A stretch of DNA of 64,000 nucleotides from an uncultured bacterium (GCA_903894565.1 CAITQP010000011.1:70515-134514); one strand, 5' to 3'; counted from the stretch's first letter, positions 39,237 through 49,506 are shown. The notes: generated by a model not told the origin, from the sequence alone. Made by a program: numbers and translations.

Positions 39237-40148
39237 TTAATCAAAAATATTTGCGAGATACGTATCGATGTCACGTTGGTCCATCGCGTAAAAATATGTT
39301 GCGCGATTGTGAATTTCAGTTGCAAGCTTCACTCCTACAAATCGCCAGTGCCATGGTTCGAATTGGTACGACGGGTTGTTTTCAGGGTACGAAATGACAA
39401 AACCGTACTGGTATGCGTTTGCTTGAAGCCACACATATTCAGGTGTTTTTTCGAATCCTGAAAGTGCACCATCGATTTTTTGAGTAGTAAAATCTACGGC
39501 CGTGCCGAGCTGGTGCTCAGAATATCCTTGTTCGGCAGAAAATGAGTTGGCAGTTCCTGAACCATAAGTAACTCGATACTTCGCTTTCAAGATTGCTTGA
39601 GTACCAAATGATCTATATGCAGAATCAAGTCGAAGTGTGAGTCCAGCGTTTTGTGCTGAAGTAAGCAGATTCGTGAGATATGGTAAGACATTTGTGTGAA
39701 TCTGTAGTTGCTTTGTTTCAGGACTCGCAAAATGCGAATCAACATACGAGAGCGAGACGGGGACGTAATGCTCGTTCAAAAAATATACTTTCGAGTACTG
39801 TTTTAAAAGCTCGGGGTCAGTCTTGCTTAATTTTTCAAGATTACCGACAGTACTCGTTACTGCGCCGATTTGCTCTATAACAAGTGCATTTTTCTGTTGT
39901 TCTGAAAGAAGCGCATCTGTTAAAAATGAATTTGTTGTTTTTAATGAAGCCAGTGAATCAGTAATGTCTTTTATTTTTTGATCTGTTACACTTTTGTTCG
40001 CCAATAGTTCGATATTCGTTTTGGTGATTGAATTTTGGAGCGAACGAACAGTTGTTTGATAGTGATAGATACCATACACGACGAGCGCGAGCGTAGCGAG
40101 CGCGATACCTCCGTACACAATGCGTAGTCGAAGTGATGTTGTTTGCAT
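39237..40148 (-). CDS. M15-family D-Ala-D-Ala carboxypeptidase (VanY-like), membrane-anchored
   Basis: SAYRS, SEHQLGTAVD, EPWHWRFVG zinc-binding motifs. N-terminal TM. Confidence 0.75.
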   Translation of the reverse strand: MQTTSLRLRIVYGGIALATLALVVYGIYHYQTTVRSLQNSITKTNIELLANKSVTDQKIKDITDSLASLKTTNSFLTDALLSEQQKNALVIEQIGAVTSTVGNLEKLSKTDPELLKQYSKVYFLNEHYVPVSLSYVDSHFASPETKQLQIHTNVLPYLTNLLTSAQNAGLTLRLDSAYRSFGTQAILKAKYRVTYGSGTANSFSAEQGYSEHQLGTAVDFTTQKIDGALSGFEKTPEYVWLQANAYQYGFVISYPENNPSYQFEPWHWRFVGVKLATEIHNRATYFYAMDQRDIDTYLANIFD

Positions 40149-40173
40149 CTATGTAGTATACAAGCCTTTAGGA

Positions 40174-40470
40174 CTAACGCGAAAGATATTTTTTACCGTA
40201 CTTTGTCATCTCGTCGAAAATTGTTGCAAGCTTTTTTCCTTTTACGCTAATCAAATAGTGAGGTTCTCGTTTTGTAATAATCCCTTCACTCTCCAATTTT
40301 TGTAATTTAAGAGAAAGTGTTCGCGTGCTAATACCAGTTAGGGAGTCATGTAACTCAGAAAAACGCATCTCGCTCTTCATAAGATCGCGGAGAATAAGCA
40401 TAGTCCAGGTGTCCGAAAGCAAGGAAGCTACCTTCGCTATAGGACATTTTGCCTTACTGTGGTCTTTCAT
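40174..40470 (-). CDS. HxlR-family winged-helix transcriptional regulator
   Basis: CPIAKVASLLSDTWTMLILRDLMKSEMRFSELHDSLTGISTRTLSLKLQKLESEGII. Start trimmed to MKDHSKAKCP. Divergent from yceI. Confidence 0.75.
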   Translation of the reverse strand: MKDHSKAKCPIAKVASLLSDTWTMLILRDLMKSEMRFSELHDSLTGISTRTLSLKLQKLESEGIITKREPHYLISVKGKKLATIFDEMTKYGKKYLSR

Positions 40471-40562
40471 ATATTTGGCGATTATAACATACTTTACTTT
40501 GTAAAGCACCTCCTGTATACTAAGAGTCTTACAAACAGTAATTTATATACATACACTATTTT

Positions 40563-41087
40563 ATGAATACATGGCATATCGACGCAGCGCACTCAGAAGT
40601 TGGTTTTACAGTGAAGCATCTCCTTATCTCGACTGTCCGCGGTCGTTTTGGAACATTTGAAGGTACGCTCAGTGCAACTGACGAAACATTTTCTGACGCA
40701 AAACTTTCGTTTAGTGCGGACACAGCAAGTATTACGACAAACAACGCGATGCGCGACGCACACCTCCAGTCGCCTGATTTCTTTGATGGTGCAAACAACC
40801 CGAAAGTACTGTTTGTCTCAAAATCATTCGCGAAGAGTGGAGACAATGCGTACGCAGTCGTTGGCGACTTCACCATGCGTGGCGTAACAAAAGAAATCAC
40901 GATCAACGCAATCCTTAATGGATCAGTTGTAGATGCATATGGAAAGAAAGTTGTATCGTTTGATGTGAGTGGCACAATCAAGCGTACTGATTTCGGTGTA
41001 AACTGGAACGCAGCGCTTGAAGCTGGTGGTGTCGCCGTCAGTGAAGATGTAACCCTCGAGGCTACAATCGAATTGAAGCAGGAATAA
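40563..41087 (+). CDS. YceI-family polyisoprenoid-binding protein
   Basis: WHIDAAHSEVGFTVKHLLISTVRGRF N-terminus. Confidence 0.85.
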   Translation: MNTWHIDAAHSEVGFTVKHLLISTVRGRFGTFEGTLSATDETFSDAKLSFSADTASITTNNAMRDAHLQSPDFFDGANNPKVLFVSKSFAKSGDNAYAVVGDFTMRGVTKEITINAILNGSVVDAYGKKVVSFDVSGTIKRTDFGVNWNAALEAGGVAVSEDVTLEATIELKQE

Positions 41088-41100
41088 TATTCACCAAAGG

Positions 41101-41138
41101 AAATAAAATGGCCGCGCGTACGCGCGGCCATTTTATTT
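41101..41138. terminator. bidirectional intrinsic terminator
   Basis: AAATAAAATGGCCGCGCG-ta-CGCGCGGCCATTTTATTT. Confidence 0.6.
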
Positions 41139-41173
41139 CCTTTTTATTTCAAACTGAAATATACTAAAACAAC

Positions 41174-42286
41174 ATGGCTCGCAAGCGAATCAAAATTATT
41201 CACACATGGTACGCGAAAAACGAGCGGATCATTTCTACTTTGTCACTCGTTGGCGGATTTGTATTCAATGCACTTACGCTAACTCGAGTTGACGAGTTCA
41301 TGGAAAATTTTTGGGTCATTGTTCATCTCGTAGTGGTTGGCGCGTGTATCATCATGCTCAACCGTCAGGAAAACTTTGAAACACTAGACTCAAAAAATCC
41401 AGAACGTCTACACTTTTGGCTCGTAACAGTCCTTCAATTTACATTCGGAGGACTCCTGAGTACGTTTATTGTTTTCTATCTTCGAAGTGCCGTTATTGCA
41501 GTGGCATGGCCATTTTTCCTCATTCTTGCAGCTGCTTTTGTTGCGAATGAATCGCTCAAGCATCACTATTCTCGCGTCAGTTTCCAAATCGGATTTTTTT
41601 TCCTCTCGATATACCTTTTTGCGATATTTGTTGTTCCTGTGATCATGCACCAAATTAGTACTCAAGTATTTCTCATGAGTGGAGGGTTAAGTGTTATCGC
41701 ACTTATTGGATTTATTGCACTTCTGCGAAAATCAACACAAATTGATATCGCAAAAGTACGAATTGAATTATTATCAATCGTTGCAGGTATTTTTGTAATC
41801 GTAAATGCGTTTTACTTCCTGAATATTATTCCTCCGCTTCCACTCGCACTTACTGACGCCGGAATCTATCATTCCATTTCACGCACGACTACTGGCACCT
41901 ATTCTGTGACGCTCGAACCCGAGTCAATTCGAGAAAAATTGCTCACATACATAAGTGTATATCCGACCTTCCATGCGACAAAAGATAGTCTTGTGTATGC
42001 GTATAGTTCAATATTCTCTCCACTTTCGTTCAATACAACCGTCACTCATCAATGGCAAAAATATGATCCGACTATAAAAAAGTGGGCGACGGAGATTAGC
42101 GTAGATCTTTCTGTGTCAGGTGGACGAGCCCAAGGATACCGCACCTATTCGATCAATAGTGATCTCACTGAAGGGAAGTGGCGTGTGAACGTGCTGACTC
42201 CAGGCGGGCAGCTTGTCGGACGGATGGCGTTCGAAGTAGTGCTTGATGGAACCCCGACGACACTTCTCACTGAGACGAAAGAGTAA
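41174..42286 (+). CDS. hypothetical polytopic membrane protein with soluble C-terminal domain (possibly DUF2914-like)
   Basis: About 6 TM helices followed by a C-terminal beta-rich domain (KWRVNVLTPGGQLVGRMAFEVV). Confidence 0.5.
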   Translation: MARKRIKIIHTWYAKNERIISTLSLVGGFVFNALTLTRVDEFMENFWVIVHLVVVGACIIMLNRQENFETLDSKNPERLHFWLVTVLQFTFGGLLSTFIVFYLRSAVIAVAWPFFLILAAAFVANESLKHHYSRVSFQIGFFFLSIYLFAIFVVPVIMHQISTQVFLMSGGLSVIALIGFIALLRKSTQIDIAKVRIELLSIVAGIFVIVNAFYFLNIIPPLPLALTDAGIYHSISRTTTGTYSVTLEPESIREKLLTYISVYPTFHATKDSLVYAYSSIFSPLSFNTTVTHQWQKYDPTIKKWATEISVDLSVSGGRAQGYRTYSINSDLTEGKWRVNVLTPGGQLVGRMAFEVVLDGTPTTLLTETKE

Positions 42287-42336
42287 CTGGTACACTGCTT
42301 TTGCAAAATATCATTTCATCAGTATACTGTGAGCGC

Positions 42337-43185
42337 ATGAATAGATTTTTACGAGTTATATTTCAGATATTTGTGGGGATTTTTGCTGTGATTGGCCTCG
42401 CCTTCACCGTGGTTTTTTTCGGTATGCGCTACGGGATTTTTAATGTACGTGGATCAATCGCACAGAGAAATTCATTTTTCAACACCCCTACAACAACTCC
42501 GAAAAATGTGGTTGTGGCACCATGCCTCGACACTCAACTAACCTGTCAATGGAATCAAACACCAGAATGGCAAGCTATCCAAGGCGGACTTGAAAAAGAT
42601 TCAATGGTCATCAATCGCGTAAGTGCTGAGACTGGTGTGTCAGCACGCATGATTGCGTCAGTCGTCGTGCCAGAACAAACTAGATTTTTCACTGCTAACC
42701 GTGAGATATTCAAAAGCTATTTTGAACCACTCAAAATACTCGGATCAATGACGCAATTTTCTCTTGGTATCTCAGGCATCAAGGAACCTACGGCAAAAGA
42801 TATTGAACTATACGCAACGACCGAAACGGCCGATGCATACCCAGGAAATGGAATGAGTGCACTATTCGCTTATCCTGACGGACAAGATCACGATACGGTA
42901 CTTTATAATAGACTGACTGATGCAAAAGATCATTACTATCAGTATCTCTACACGGCACTTTTCATAAAAGAAATCGAAGCACAATGGCAAAAGTCTGGTT
43001 TTGATATCACAAAAGACCCAGGAACGATCGTCACACTCTTTAACCTTGGTTTCAATGCCTCACACCCAAATGCGCAACCGAAGGTTGGGGGAGCGAATAT
43101 TGTATCTGGAGGTACAACGTATGTGTACGGCGAACTTGGAGCGCTCTTCTACAACAGCACTGAATTACCAGACATCAAGCCGTAA
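42337..43185 (+). CDS. hypothetical membrane-anchored extracytoplasmic protein
   Basis: ORF with one N-terminal TM. Start trimmed to the first ATG (MNRFLRV). Confidence 0.5.
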   Translation: MNRFLRVIFQIFVGIFAVIGLAFTVVFFGMRYGIFNVRGSIAQRNSFFNTPTTTPKNVVVAPCLDTQLTCQWNQTPEWQAIQGGLEKDSMVINRVSAETGVSARMIASVVVPEQTRFFTANREIFKSYFEPLKILGSMTQFSLGISGIKEPTAKDIELYATTETADAYPGNGMSALFAYPDGQDHDTVLYNRLTDAKDHYYQYLYTALFIKEIEAQWQKSGFDITKDPGTIVTLFNLGFNASHPNAQPKVGGANIVSGGTTYVYGELGALFYNSTELPDIKP

Positions 43186-43356
43186 GATACTAAGTCAATA
43201 GACCTATTGACTTTATCTTTAGATAATGGTTTATTACTAAGTAATTCTACCGTCACCGTAATTCAAAGGTGGTCATTAAGGCTGCAGCAACGCACTGACA
43301 TTTTTGTCATGGACAGTCTGAGCAAATAATTCGTTAAACAATTCAATACGTTCTTT

Positions 43357-44172
43357 ATGCAGAAAAAGTCGAGTGACCCTCGCAAGAAAAAGTATTCTCC
43401 ACCCGTACAGACACCTCCATCTCCTCCTCAAGGAAACAGGAAGTTCGTGTTATTAATCAGTTGCGTCGTTATTCTGGTAGCTGGATACATAATCCTGAAC
43501 TTCAGGAATAATTCTCCGAACAGAGAGGCTCAGCGAATTATCAGCCGAGCATTTGGAATTACCGAATTTATTCCGGACAGTACAAAAAATGTGAAACGCC
43601 TCATTCAAGAAGGGCTCAAGGAAATGAAAATTCTTAAACTGGGGTCAGATGGTAAGGTCCATATCCCGGACAGTGGTCGTTTTTTTATTGTTACAGTTCC
43701 CGGAACGGAGATGCCTGGATCAAACGATGCTGCGCCGTTCGAAAGCAAAACCATGATGGAATTTTCATGGGAAGAGATTGAATTGCACGGGAAAGTTGTG
43801 ATACTTATGAATAATGAAATCGAGGACATCTCACATGACCTCGACGTAAAAGCTTCATGTCTGATTCATGAAATGATTCATGCACTACAAGCAAGCAAAC
43901 ACCTAAATGAAGGACAAAAAAAACTTCGGCCCGAGCAGCAGTACTCAGATGAGTGTGTGGCTTGGAATTCGCAAGTCTACCTTTATCAAAAGGTGCACCC
44001 AGAGGTGTTTGCTGGTATTACATGTAAATGCGAGACCGGCCTGCTCTTAGGGATGAATGATTTTCAAAGAAAGATTCTTGTTAGTGACGAAAGAGACCCT
44101 CTGATTCACAGTCTGGTTTTGTTCTCGCTCTGTAAGGATTCTTTCCTCAAGAAACTCTACCCTGAGAAGTAG
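43357..44172 (+). CDS. hypothetical membrane-anchored protein with HExxH zinc-metallopeptidase-like motif
   Basis: N-terminal TM and CLIHEMIHALQ (HExxH). Confidence 0.5.
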   Translation: MQKKSSDPRKKKYSPPVQTPPSPPQGNRKFVLLISCVVILVAGYIILNFRNNSPNREAQRIISRAFGITEFIPDSTKNVKRLIQEGLKEMKILKLGSDGKVHIPDSGRFFIVTVPGTEMPGSNDAAPFESKTMMEFSWEEIELHGKVVILMNNEIEDISHDLDVKASCLIHEMIHALQASKHLNEGQKKLRPEQQYSDECVAWNSQVYLYQKVHPEVFAGITCKCETGLLLGMNDFQRKILVSDERDPLIHSLVLFSLCKDSFLKKLYPEK

Positions 44173-44199
44173 TCAGGTGACGAATTTATGATTTTGATT

Positions 44200-44236
44200 A
44201 ATAGCAGGCTCAAAAAGAGCCTGCTATTTTTCATTT
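44200..44236 (+). terminator. intrinsic terminator
   Basis: AATAGCAGGCTC-aaaaa-GAGCCTGCTATT plus TTTCATTTT. Confidence 0.55.
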
Positions 44237-44292
44237 TGCGTCGTAAATGCGGTTTAATTGACATTTTACTTAAATATTGTTATATATTAAGT

Positions 44293-45078
44293 ATGAAATT
44301 TGAGCCGAAAAAGAAACCTGAACTCCCACAATCTTCCTCGTGGGGAGGCGTTGCTGAGTGGTACGACAATCATCTTGAAACAGACAAGGACAGCTACCAG
44401 GAAAAAGTTATAGCACCGAACCTGCTCCGATTGCTTGATATTAAAAACGGCACCCGAGTACTTGATCTCGCGTGTGGTCAAGGTTTTTTTTCGCGTAAAA
44501 TTGCCGACAAAGGCGCACTTGTTACTGGTGCAGATATTGGCAAAGAACTCATTGCTGTCGCACAAAAACGCTCACCAAAGATTACTTATCATGCGACTCC
44601 AGCGCACAAACTTGGGTTTGCACAAGGCGAGACGTTTGATGTCGTGATCATAATTCTTGCCATCCAAAACATTGGCAACATGGGAGAAGTATTCAAAGAA
44701 GTATGGCGCGTTCTCAGGAAAGGAGGTCGGATGATCCTCGTTCTAAACCATCCAGCATTTCGTATTCCAAAACGTTCAAGTTGGGGATTCTCAAGCGCAG
44801 ATAAAAAACAATACCGTCGTATCGATGGATATTTGTCAGAGAACACTGTGCCAATCGTAATGCACCCAGGTCAATCAAACAGTGAATCAACTGTCTCGTA
44901 CCATAGATCAATGCAAGACTACTTTAAGTCACTAAACAAAGCTGGCTTTGTGGTGTCTCGCCTTGAAGAATGGATCTCTCACAAAAAAAGTCAAAATGGT
45001 CCCCGACAAGTAGCAGAGGATACTGCTCGAAAAGAAATCCCGCTTTTCTTGATGATCGAAGCGAAAAAAGAAAACTAA
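44293..45078 (+). CDS. class I SAM-dependent methyltransferase
   Basis: VLDLACGQGFF (motif I), post-I acidic residue, motif II. Start trimmed to MKFEPKK. Confidence 0.8.
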   Translation: MKFEPKKKPELPQSSSWGGVAEWYDNHLETDKDSYQEKVIAPNLLRLLDIKNGTRVLDLACGQGFFSRKIADKGALVTGADIGKELIAVAQKRSPKITYHATPAHKLGFAQGETFDVVIIILAIQNIGNMGEVFKEVWRVLRKGGRMILVLNHPAFRIPKRSSWGFSSADKKQYRRIDGYLSENTVPIVMHPGQSNSESTVSYHRSMQDYFKSLNKAGFVVSRLEEWISHKKSQNGPRQVAEDTARKEIPLFLMIEAKKEN

Positions 45079-45092
45079 AACATCACGCATTA

Positions 45093-46073
45093 CTATGCGT
45101 GATGTTTTTGATATTCACTGTAGTAGCGCACCATCGGTGGCAAACTTGCTGCAACGGGAAGTGCGAGAAATGCTCCAATTACTCCAAATAATCCACCTCC
45201 AACGACAACAGAAATAAACGAAAGTGCGGGAGATATGTCGAGTGCCTTGTTATAGATTGCTGGTGAAATAACAACATTTTCTAATTGTTGATAGATAAGA
45301 TGAAGAACGAGAATCAATGTTCCCGTAAGCGGAGATATCGTATAACCGATTACAAGAGCCGGGAGCGTGCCGAGCGTGCCTCCAATGAGGGGGAGAAGAT
45401 CCATAATACCTGCGAAAATTGCGAGAGGAAGAGCAAATGGAACATTAAGCGCAACGAGAACTATGAAGAGATACATCGCACAAATAATTGAGATAATGAC
45501 ATTTCCACGAATATACTGACCATTCACACGGGCAACTTCCATCAACGTCGAATGCATTCGAGCTCTGTCTTTCGTTGGGAAAATGTCGAGGAAAAAACCA
45601 AGGAAACGCTCGTTGTCGAGGATAAGATAAAATGCCATAAAAAACACAGTAATAACAGCAACGACACCGGAAGCAAGCGTCTTTGTTGAGGTCACAATAT
45701 CGCCTGAATGTTGTGAGAAATAAGCAGCAGCATCAAATGAGCGCAACTCTGGCGGAAGAAACATCGCGTGGCTGAGTACCTGATGCAGTGTAGCCATCAA
45801 CGACGGAATTTCACTGACAATGTTTGGAACAACAAATACTCCAAAGAAAATAAATGGAATAAGGAGTAACGCAAAAACAAACATGGTCGCTGGAAGAAGC
45901 GGCATCCTTTTGTGTACTCGCTTTACGTAGGGGTATACTGCTGTTGCCAAAATAAGCGAAATAACAATTGCGACGAGCACATCGATGGCTTGCCATGCAA
46001 GCAGGATACCGAGCGCGAGCAAAGTGACGCGACCCAATGCTTGCCATGAAAGTGGATGTTCTTTGTTTGTCAT
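45093..46073 (-). CDS. AI-2E family transporter (PerM/YdiK-like)
   Basis: 8-TM architecture with the C-terminal signature LPLIGGTLGTLPALVIGY...FLALPVAAS. Confidence 0.75.
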   Translation of the reverse strand: MTNKEHPLSWQALGRVTLLALGILLAWQAIDVLVAIVISLILATAVYPYVKRVHKRMPLLPATMFVFALLLIPFIFFGVFVVPNIVSEIPSLMATLHQVLSHAMFLPPELRSFDAAAYFSQHSGDIVTSTKTLASGVVAVITVFFMAFYLILDNERFLGFFLDIFPTKDRARMHSTLMEVARVNGQYIRGNVIISIICAMYLFIVLVALNVPFALPLAIFAGIMDLLPLIGGTLGTLPALVIGYTISPLTGTLILVLHLIYQQLENVVISPAIYNKALDISPALSFISVVVGGGLFGVIGAFLALPVAASLPPMVRYYSEYQKHHA

Positions 46074-46102
46074 ATGTACTCTGTATTGTATACTAAAAAT
46101 AT

Positions 46103-46582
46103 ATGAGTATCCATCCTGAAGTCACTATCGGCCACGTGCATCTCACCGTTTCTGACCTTGATCGTGCGCTCGTTTTTTATCGCGACCTCCTTGGTTTTGA
46201 AATTACAACTCGTTATGGTGATTCAGCAGTATTTCTTTCTGCCGGTGGATACCATCATCACATCGCGCTCAACACATGGGCAGGCAAAGGTGCAACACCA
46301 CCACCGTCTGGACACACGGGTTTGTATCATGTGGCAATTCTCTATCCATCGCGCAAAGAACTTGCTCGCATTGTTCAAAAATTAATCGACGAAAAATATC
46401 CAGTCACCGGCACAGCCGATCATGGAGTATCAGAAGCTATTTATCTCAACGACCCCGATGGAAACGGTGTAGAGCTGTACTGCGATCGTCCACGAAATAC
46501 ATGGAAAGTAAAAAACGATGGCGAGGTTGAAATGGTAACCGAAGTACTCGACGTAGACAATTTGCTTGCCGAGTTACTTTAA
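46103..46582 (+). CDS. VOC-family (glyoxalase/dioxygenase-fold) protein
   Basis: IGHVHLTVSDLDRALVFYRDLLGFE and HIAL metal-binding residues. Confidence 0.8.
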   Translation: MSIHPEVTIGHVHLTVSDLDRALVFYRDLLGFEITTRYGDSAVFLSAGGYHHHIALNTWAGKGATPPPSGHTGLYHVAILYPSRKELARIVQKLIDEKYPVTGTADHGVSEAIYLNDPDGNGVELYCDRPRNTWKVKNDGEVEMVTEVLDVDNLLAELL

Positions 46583-47332
46583 ATTGAGTTTCTTGAGAAG
46601 CGTTGAGATTTCTGATTTTGTCAGATTGCGATATGCGCCGTCTTGCAAATCTCCGATCTTGATGTGTTCGATACGTAGACGAATGAGGTCCATGACCTGA
46701 TCTCCGGCAGCCTCAACCATTTTTCGAATCTGACGGTTGCGGCCTTCTTTCAAGATAATACGAAACGTCTTGTCACTTTCACGAGTGATTTGAGTACTCA
46801 TGGTACGTACACGATCAATCACCATTCCGTGTTCGAGTTTGTCGATAAATTTTTGATTCACGCCTTTGGCGAGCGTCACGCGATATTCTTTTTCGTGTTC
46901 GAATTTCGGATCCAGCAAACGATGCGTGATGCGACGATCATTCGTCATCAAAATGAGTCCGTGTGATTCTTTGTCGAGACGACCAATAGGGAACACAGGG
47001 GTACGAAATTTTGTATTGTCGAGAATGTCTTCTTCGTCTCCTTGTGCACCAGTCGTCACAAGACCCATCGGCTTGTTGTAGGCATAATACACATATGATT
47101 GCTTCGCTCCGCGAAGCTCAACTTTGTCCATGATTGGATCAATTTGCATGCCAGGAACAGCCTTCGTGCCATTCACGTAGACTTTGCCGGCAAGGATCAT
47201 TTCATCCGCCTCACGGCGTGAAGAAAGGCCGATATCAGCCATATGTTTGTTGATACGGACTGTCGTTTTGCCTTTCGGCTTCACGGAGTACCCGGCAGCA
47301 ACCTGTTTTTTGTTTGGAGTTTGTGTTCGCAT
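46574..47332 (-). CDS. pseudouridine synthase, RsuA/RluB family (S4 domain)
   Basis: S4 domain followed by the catalytic GRLDKESHGL motif. Confidence 0.85.
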   Translation of the reverse strand: MRTQTPNKKQVAAGYSVKPKGKTTVRINKHMADIGLSSRREADEMILAGKVYVNGTKAVPGMQIDPIMDKVELRGAKQSYVYYAYNKPMGLVTTGAQGDEEDILDNTKFRTPVFPIGRLDKESHGLILMTNDRRITHRLLDPKFEHEKEYRVTLAKGVNQKFIDKLEHGMVIDRVRTMSTQITRESDKTFRIILKEGRNRQIRKMVEAAGDQVMDLIRLRIEHIKIGDLQDGAYRNLTKSEISTLLKKLNLK

Positions 47333-47407
47333 TTCGAAATATATTAGAACATATTTTTATAAAAAAAGCAATTTCGTACGAAACCAAGAACCTGATACGA
47401 TAGAAGT

Positions 47408-47875
47408 ATGAATTACTGGCTCATAAAATCTGAAGCGAGTTGCTATTCCATCGACGACCTCAAGCGCGACAAGAAGACAGCGTGGTCCGGCATTCGCAAT
47501 TACCAAGCACGCAATTTTATGCGTGATGACATGCGTCTTGGCGATCAAGTTTTGTTTTATCACTCAAACGGCACACCCGAAATACCGAGCGGTATCTATG
47601 GTATTGCAAAAGTCGTGAGCAAACCACATCGAGACGAAACTCAGTTTGATACGAAGGATGAACATTTTGATCCAAAGGCTTCCGAAACGAACCCTATTTG
47701 GGCCTGCGTTGATGTCGGATTTGTACGTAAGTTCAAACAACCGATCCCACTCACTGAACTCAAGCGCGATTCAAAGCTCAAAGGTCTCGCCGTGCTGGAG
47801 CGTGGCTCGAGACTTTCAGTCACACCTGTTAGCGAGGAGCATTTCCTACGAATCGTAACCGAACTTATTCAATAG
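47408..47875 (+). CDS. EVE (PUA-like) domain protein
   Basis: MNYWLIKSEASCYSIDDLKRDKKTAWSGIRNYQARNFMRDDMRLGDQVLFYHSN. Confidence 0.8.
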   Translation: MNYWLIKSEASCYSIDDLKRDKKTAWSGIRNYQARNFMRDDMRLGDQVLFYHSNGTPEIPSGIYGIAKVVSKPHRDETQFDTKDEHFDPKASETNPIWACVDVGFVRKFKQPIPLTELKRDSKLKGLAVLERGSRLSVTPVSEEHFLRIVTELIQ

Positions 47876-47922
47876 ACCACACAAAAACACTAAATGCCTT
47901 GGCACTTAATGTACGCAAGGCA

Positions 47923-48804
47923 TCATATTATTTTTGTTTTCAGGAAATACGTTGCGAACAGTACTTCCTGTTTTTTTTGTTCTCGCTCGGTATCGTCTTT
48001 ACTGAGCAAGGATATTACGGCAAACATGATTTGCATCCGAACACGTTCGTTTTGAAAACGCATTTCGAATACATTTTCTGTGTTTCTAGAAATTGAGATT
48101 TTTTTGACTGCGCTATTAATTAGGGCAGAATATGTCGAATCGTCTTTTCCAAGAACACATTTTTTCTTTTTTGTCTGACTCACGATGTCACGAGCGACCA
48201 CGCTGATTTGCGATTTAAAATTTGGGATCGAGGTGTTCATGAGAACTGCTTCGAAATGCGAAATTTCAATTTCATTGGCGACAAAATCACTCGCGTCACC
48301 ATCATACGGCCTCGGAATAATGTAAATATATGCTCGATACGTTTGATCGTACAGAGCAAGCGTCTGCAACGGCTCAGAAAATTTCTGAGAGCTACACACG
48401 ACAAGCGTACTCGATCCAAAAAGCTGGGTAAATCTTACCCCATGAAACGGGTTTGATGTCATTGATTCAATTGTTCCAATTGACGAATCGGGGACAATTG
48501 CGATTACAAAATATTTTCCGTCCTGAGGTCGCCGACCTAGAAACCGAAAACTATTTTGGTCGGGGAGAGCGAGCACCCCGCGTTCTGTAAAAAACAAGAA
48601 GATTTTTTTGACATTCTCGCTGTCATCATTCTTTACTTTTCGCATCATCTTCTCCATGCGAGAGATGATGGAATCGCTTTGTTGCTCAAGTTGAGCAACC
48701 TCTTTTTTCACGGGTTGCTGGCAATGGCCAATACCCGATACGAAAAAGGCGATTATTATTATAATAATTATAATAATCGTGAATTTAACTGTTCTTTTTT
48801 TCAT
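47923..48804 (-). CDS. hypothetical secreted protein with poly-Ile signal/anchor
   Basis: Start trimmed to MKKRTVKF. Nine consecutive Ile are encoded by an (ATT/ATA)n tract at 48770-48796. Confidence 0.5.
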   Translation of the reverse strand: MKKRTVKFTIIIIIIIIIAFFVSGIGHCQQPVKKEVAQLEQQSDSIISRMEKMMRKVKNDDSENVKKIFLFFTERGVLALPDQNSFRFLGRRPQDGKYFVIAIVPDSSIGTIESMTSNPFHGVRFTQLFGSSTLVVCSSQKFSEPLQTLALYDQTYRAYIYIIPRPYDGDASDFVANEIEISHFEAVLMNTSIPNFKSQISVVARDIVSQTKKKKCVLGKDDSTYSALINSAVKKISISRNTENVFEMRFQNERVRMQIMFAVISLLSKDDTEREQKKQEVLFATYFLKTKII

Positions 48805-48957
48805 ACACCGTTTTTTATGGTTACTCCATTCAAAGAATCTCCCGGAATCGAGTAACCATAAAAAACTATTCGCAATGAGCTTTTTTATCACAATATCACG
48901 CATATTAGAACCTGTCAAAAAGGGGAGTCGAGGCTTGTTGTGATATCGTAGAGGGAC

Positions 48958-49506
48958 ATGAGTCTCGGAGCACAAAAACTTTCGTTTGAATATACAGTAC
49001 GCTCAACACTTCGTGCACGAAATCTCCGTATCAGTGTCAAACACGATGGATCTGTTGTAATTACAAAGCCCCGATTCGTTCCAAACCTTGTCGTGCATTC
49101 GTTTGTAAAAAAACATTCGTCTTGGATCGAAGCACGCATTACGGAATTCGCATCCAAGCCAGCACCGCTACTTGGCAAACAGTCACGACGAGACTTTGTC
49201 GAGCACAAAGAGCGCGCGAGAGCGCGCGTTCACGAGCTTGTACTCAAGTGGAACAAACACTACAAACTACCGGTCAACACAATCAGCATCGGAAATCAAA
49301 AAAGTCGCTGGGGAAGTTGTTCGTCGAAAAAAAATCTTAATTTTAACTACAAAATTATATTTCTTCCGGTAGAGCTACAGGACTATATCGTTGTCCACGA
49401 GCTTTGTCATCTCAAAGAACTAAACCACTCAGAGCGATTTTGGAATCTCGTTACCGAATCAATTCCAAATCACAAGCTTCTTCGTGCCGAGCTTAAAAAA
49501 TATTAA
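48958..49506 (+). CDS. YgjP-like metallopeptidase (DUF45/M48-related, HExxH)
   Basis: YIVVHELCHLKELNHSERFW. Confidence 0.75.
   Translation: MSLGAQKLSFEYTVRSTLRARNLRISVKHDGSVVITKPRFVPNLVVHSFVKKHSSWIEARITEFASKPAPLLGKQSRRDFVEHKERARARVHELVLKWNKHYKLPVNTISIGNQKSRWGSCSSKKNLNFNYKIIFLPVELQDYIVVHELCHLKELNHSERFWNLVTESIPNHKLLRAELKKY

Noticed and set aside
40556-41131. 191-aa ORF on the minus strand
   Set aside because: It is fully antisense to the well-supported yceI gene and has a Ser/Thr/Ala-rich shadow-ORF composition.
48770-48796. (ATT/ATA)n tract as IS end or intergenic microsatellite
   Set aside because: It is in frame within a CDS and encodes a poly-Ile signal/anchor. No transposase is nearby.
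49190-49215. GAGCGCGCGAGAGCGCGCG resembling the repeat-element core
   Set aside because: It lies inside the DUF45 CDS and encodes ERARAR. The similarity is only low-complexity GC palindrome, not the element.
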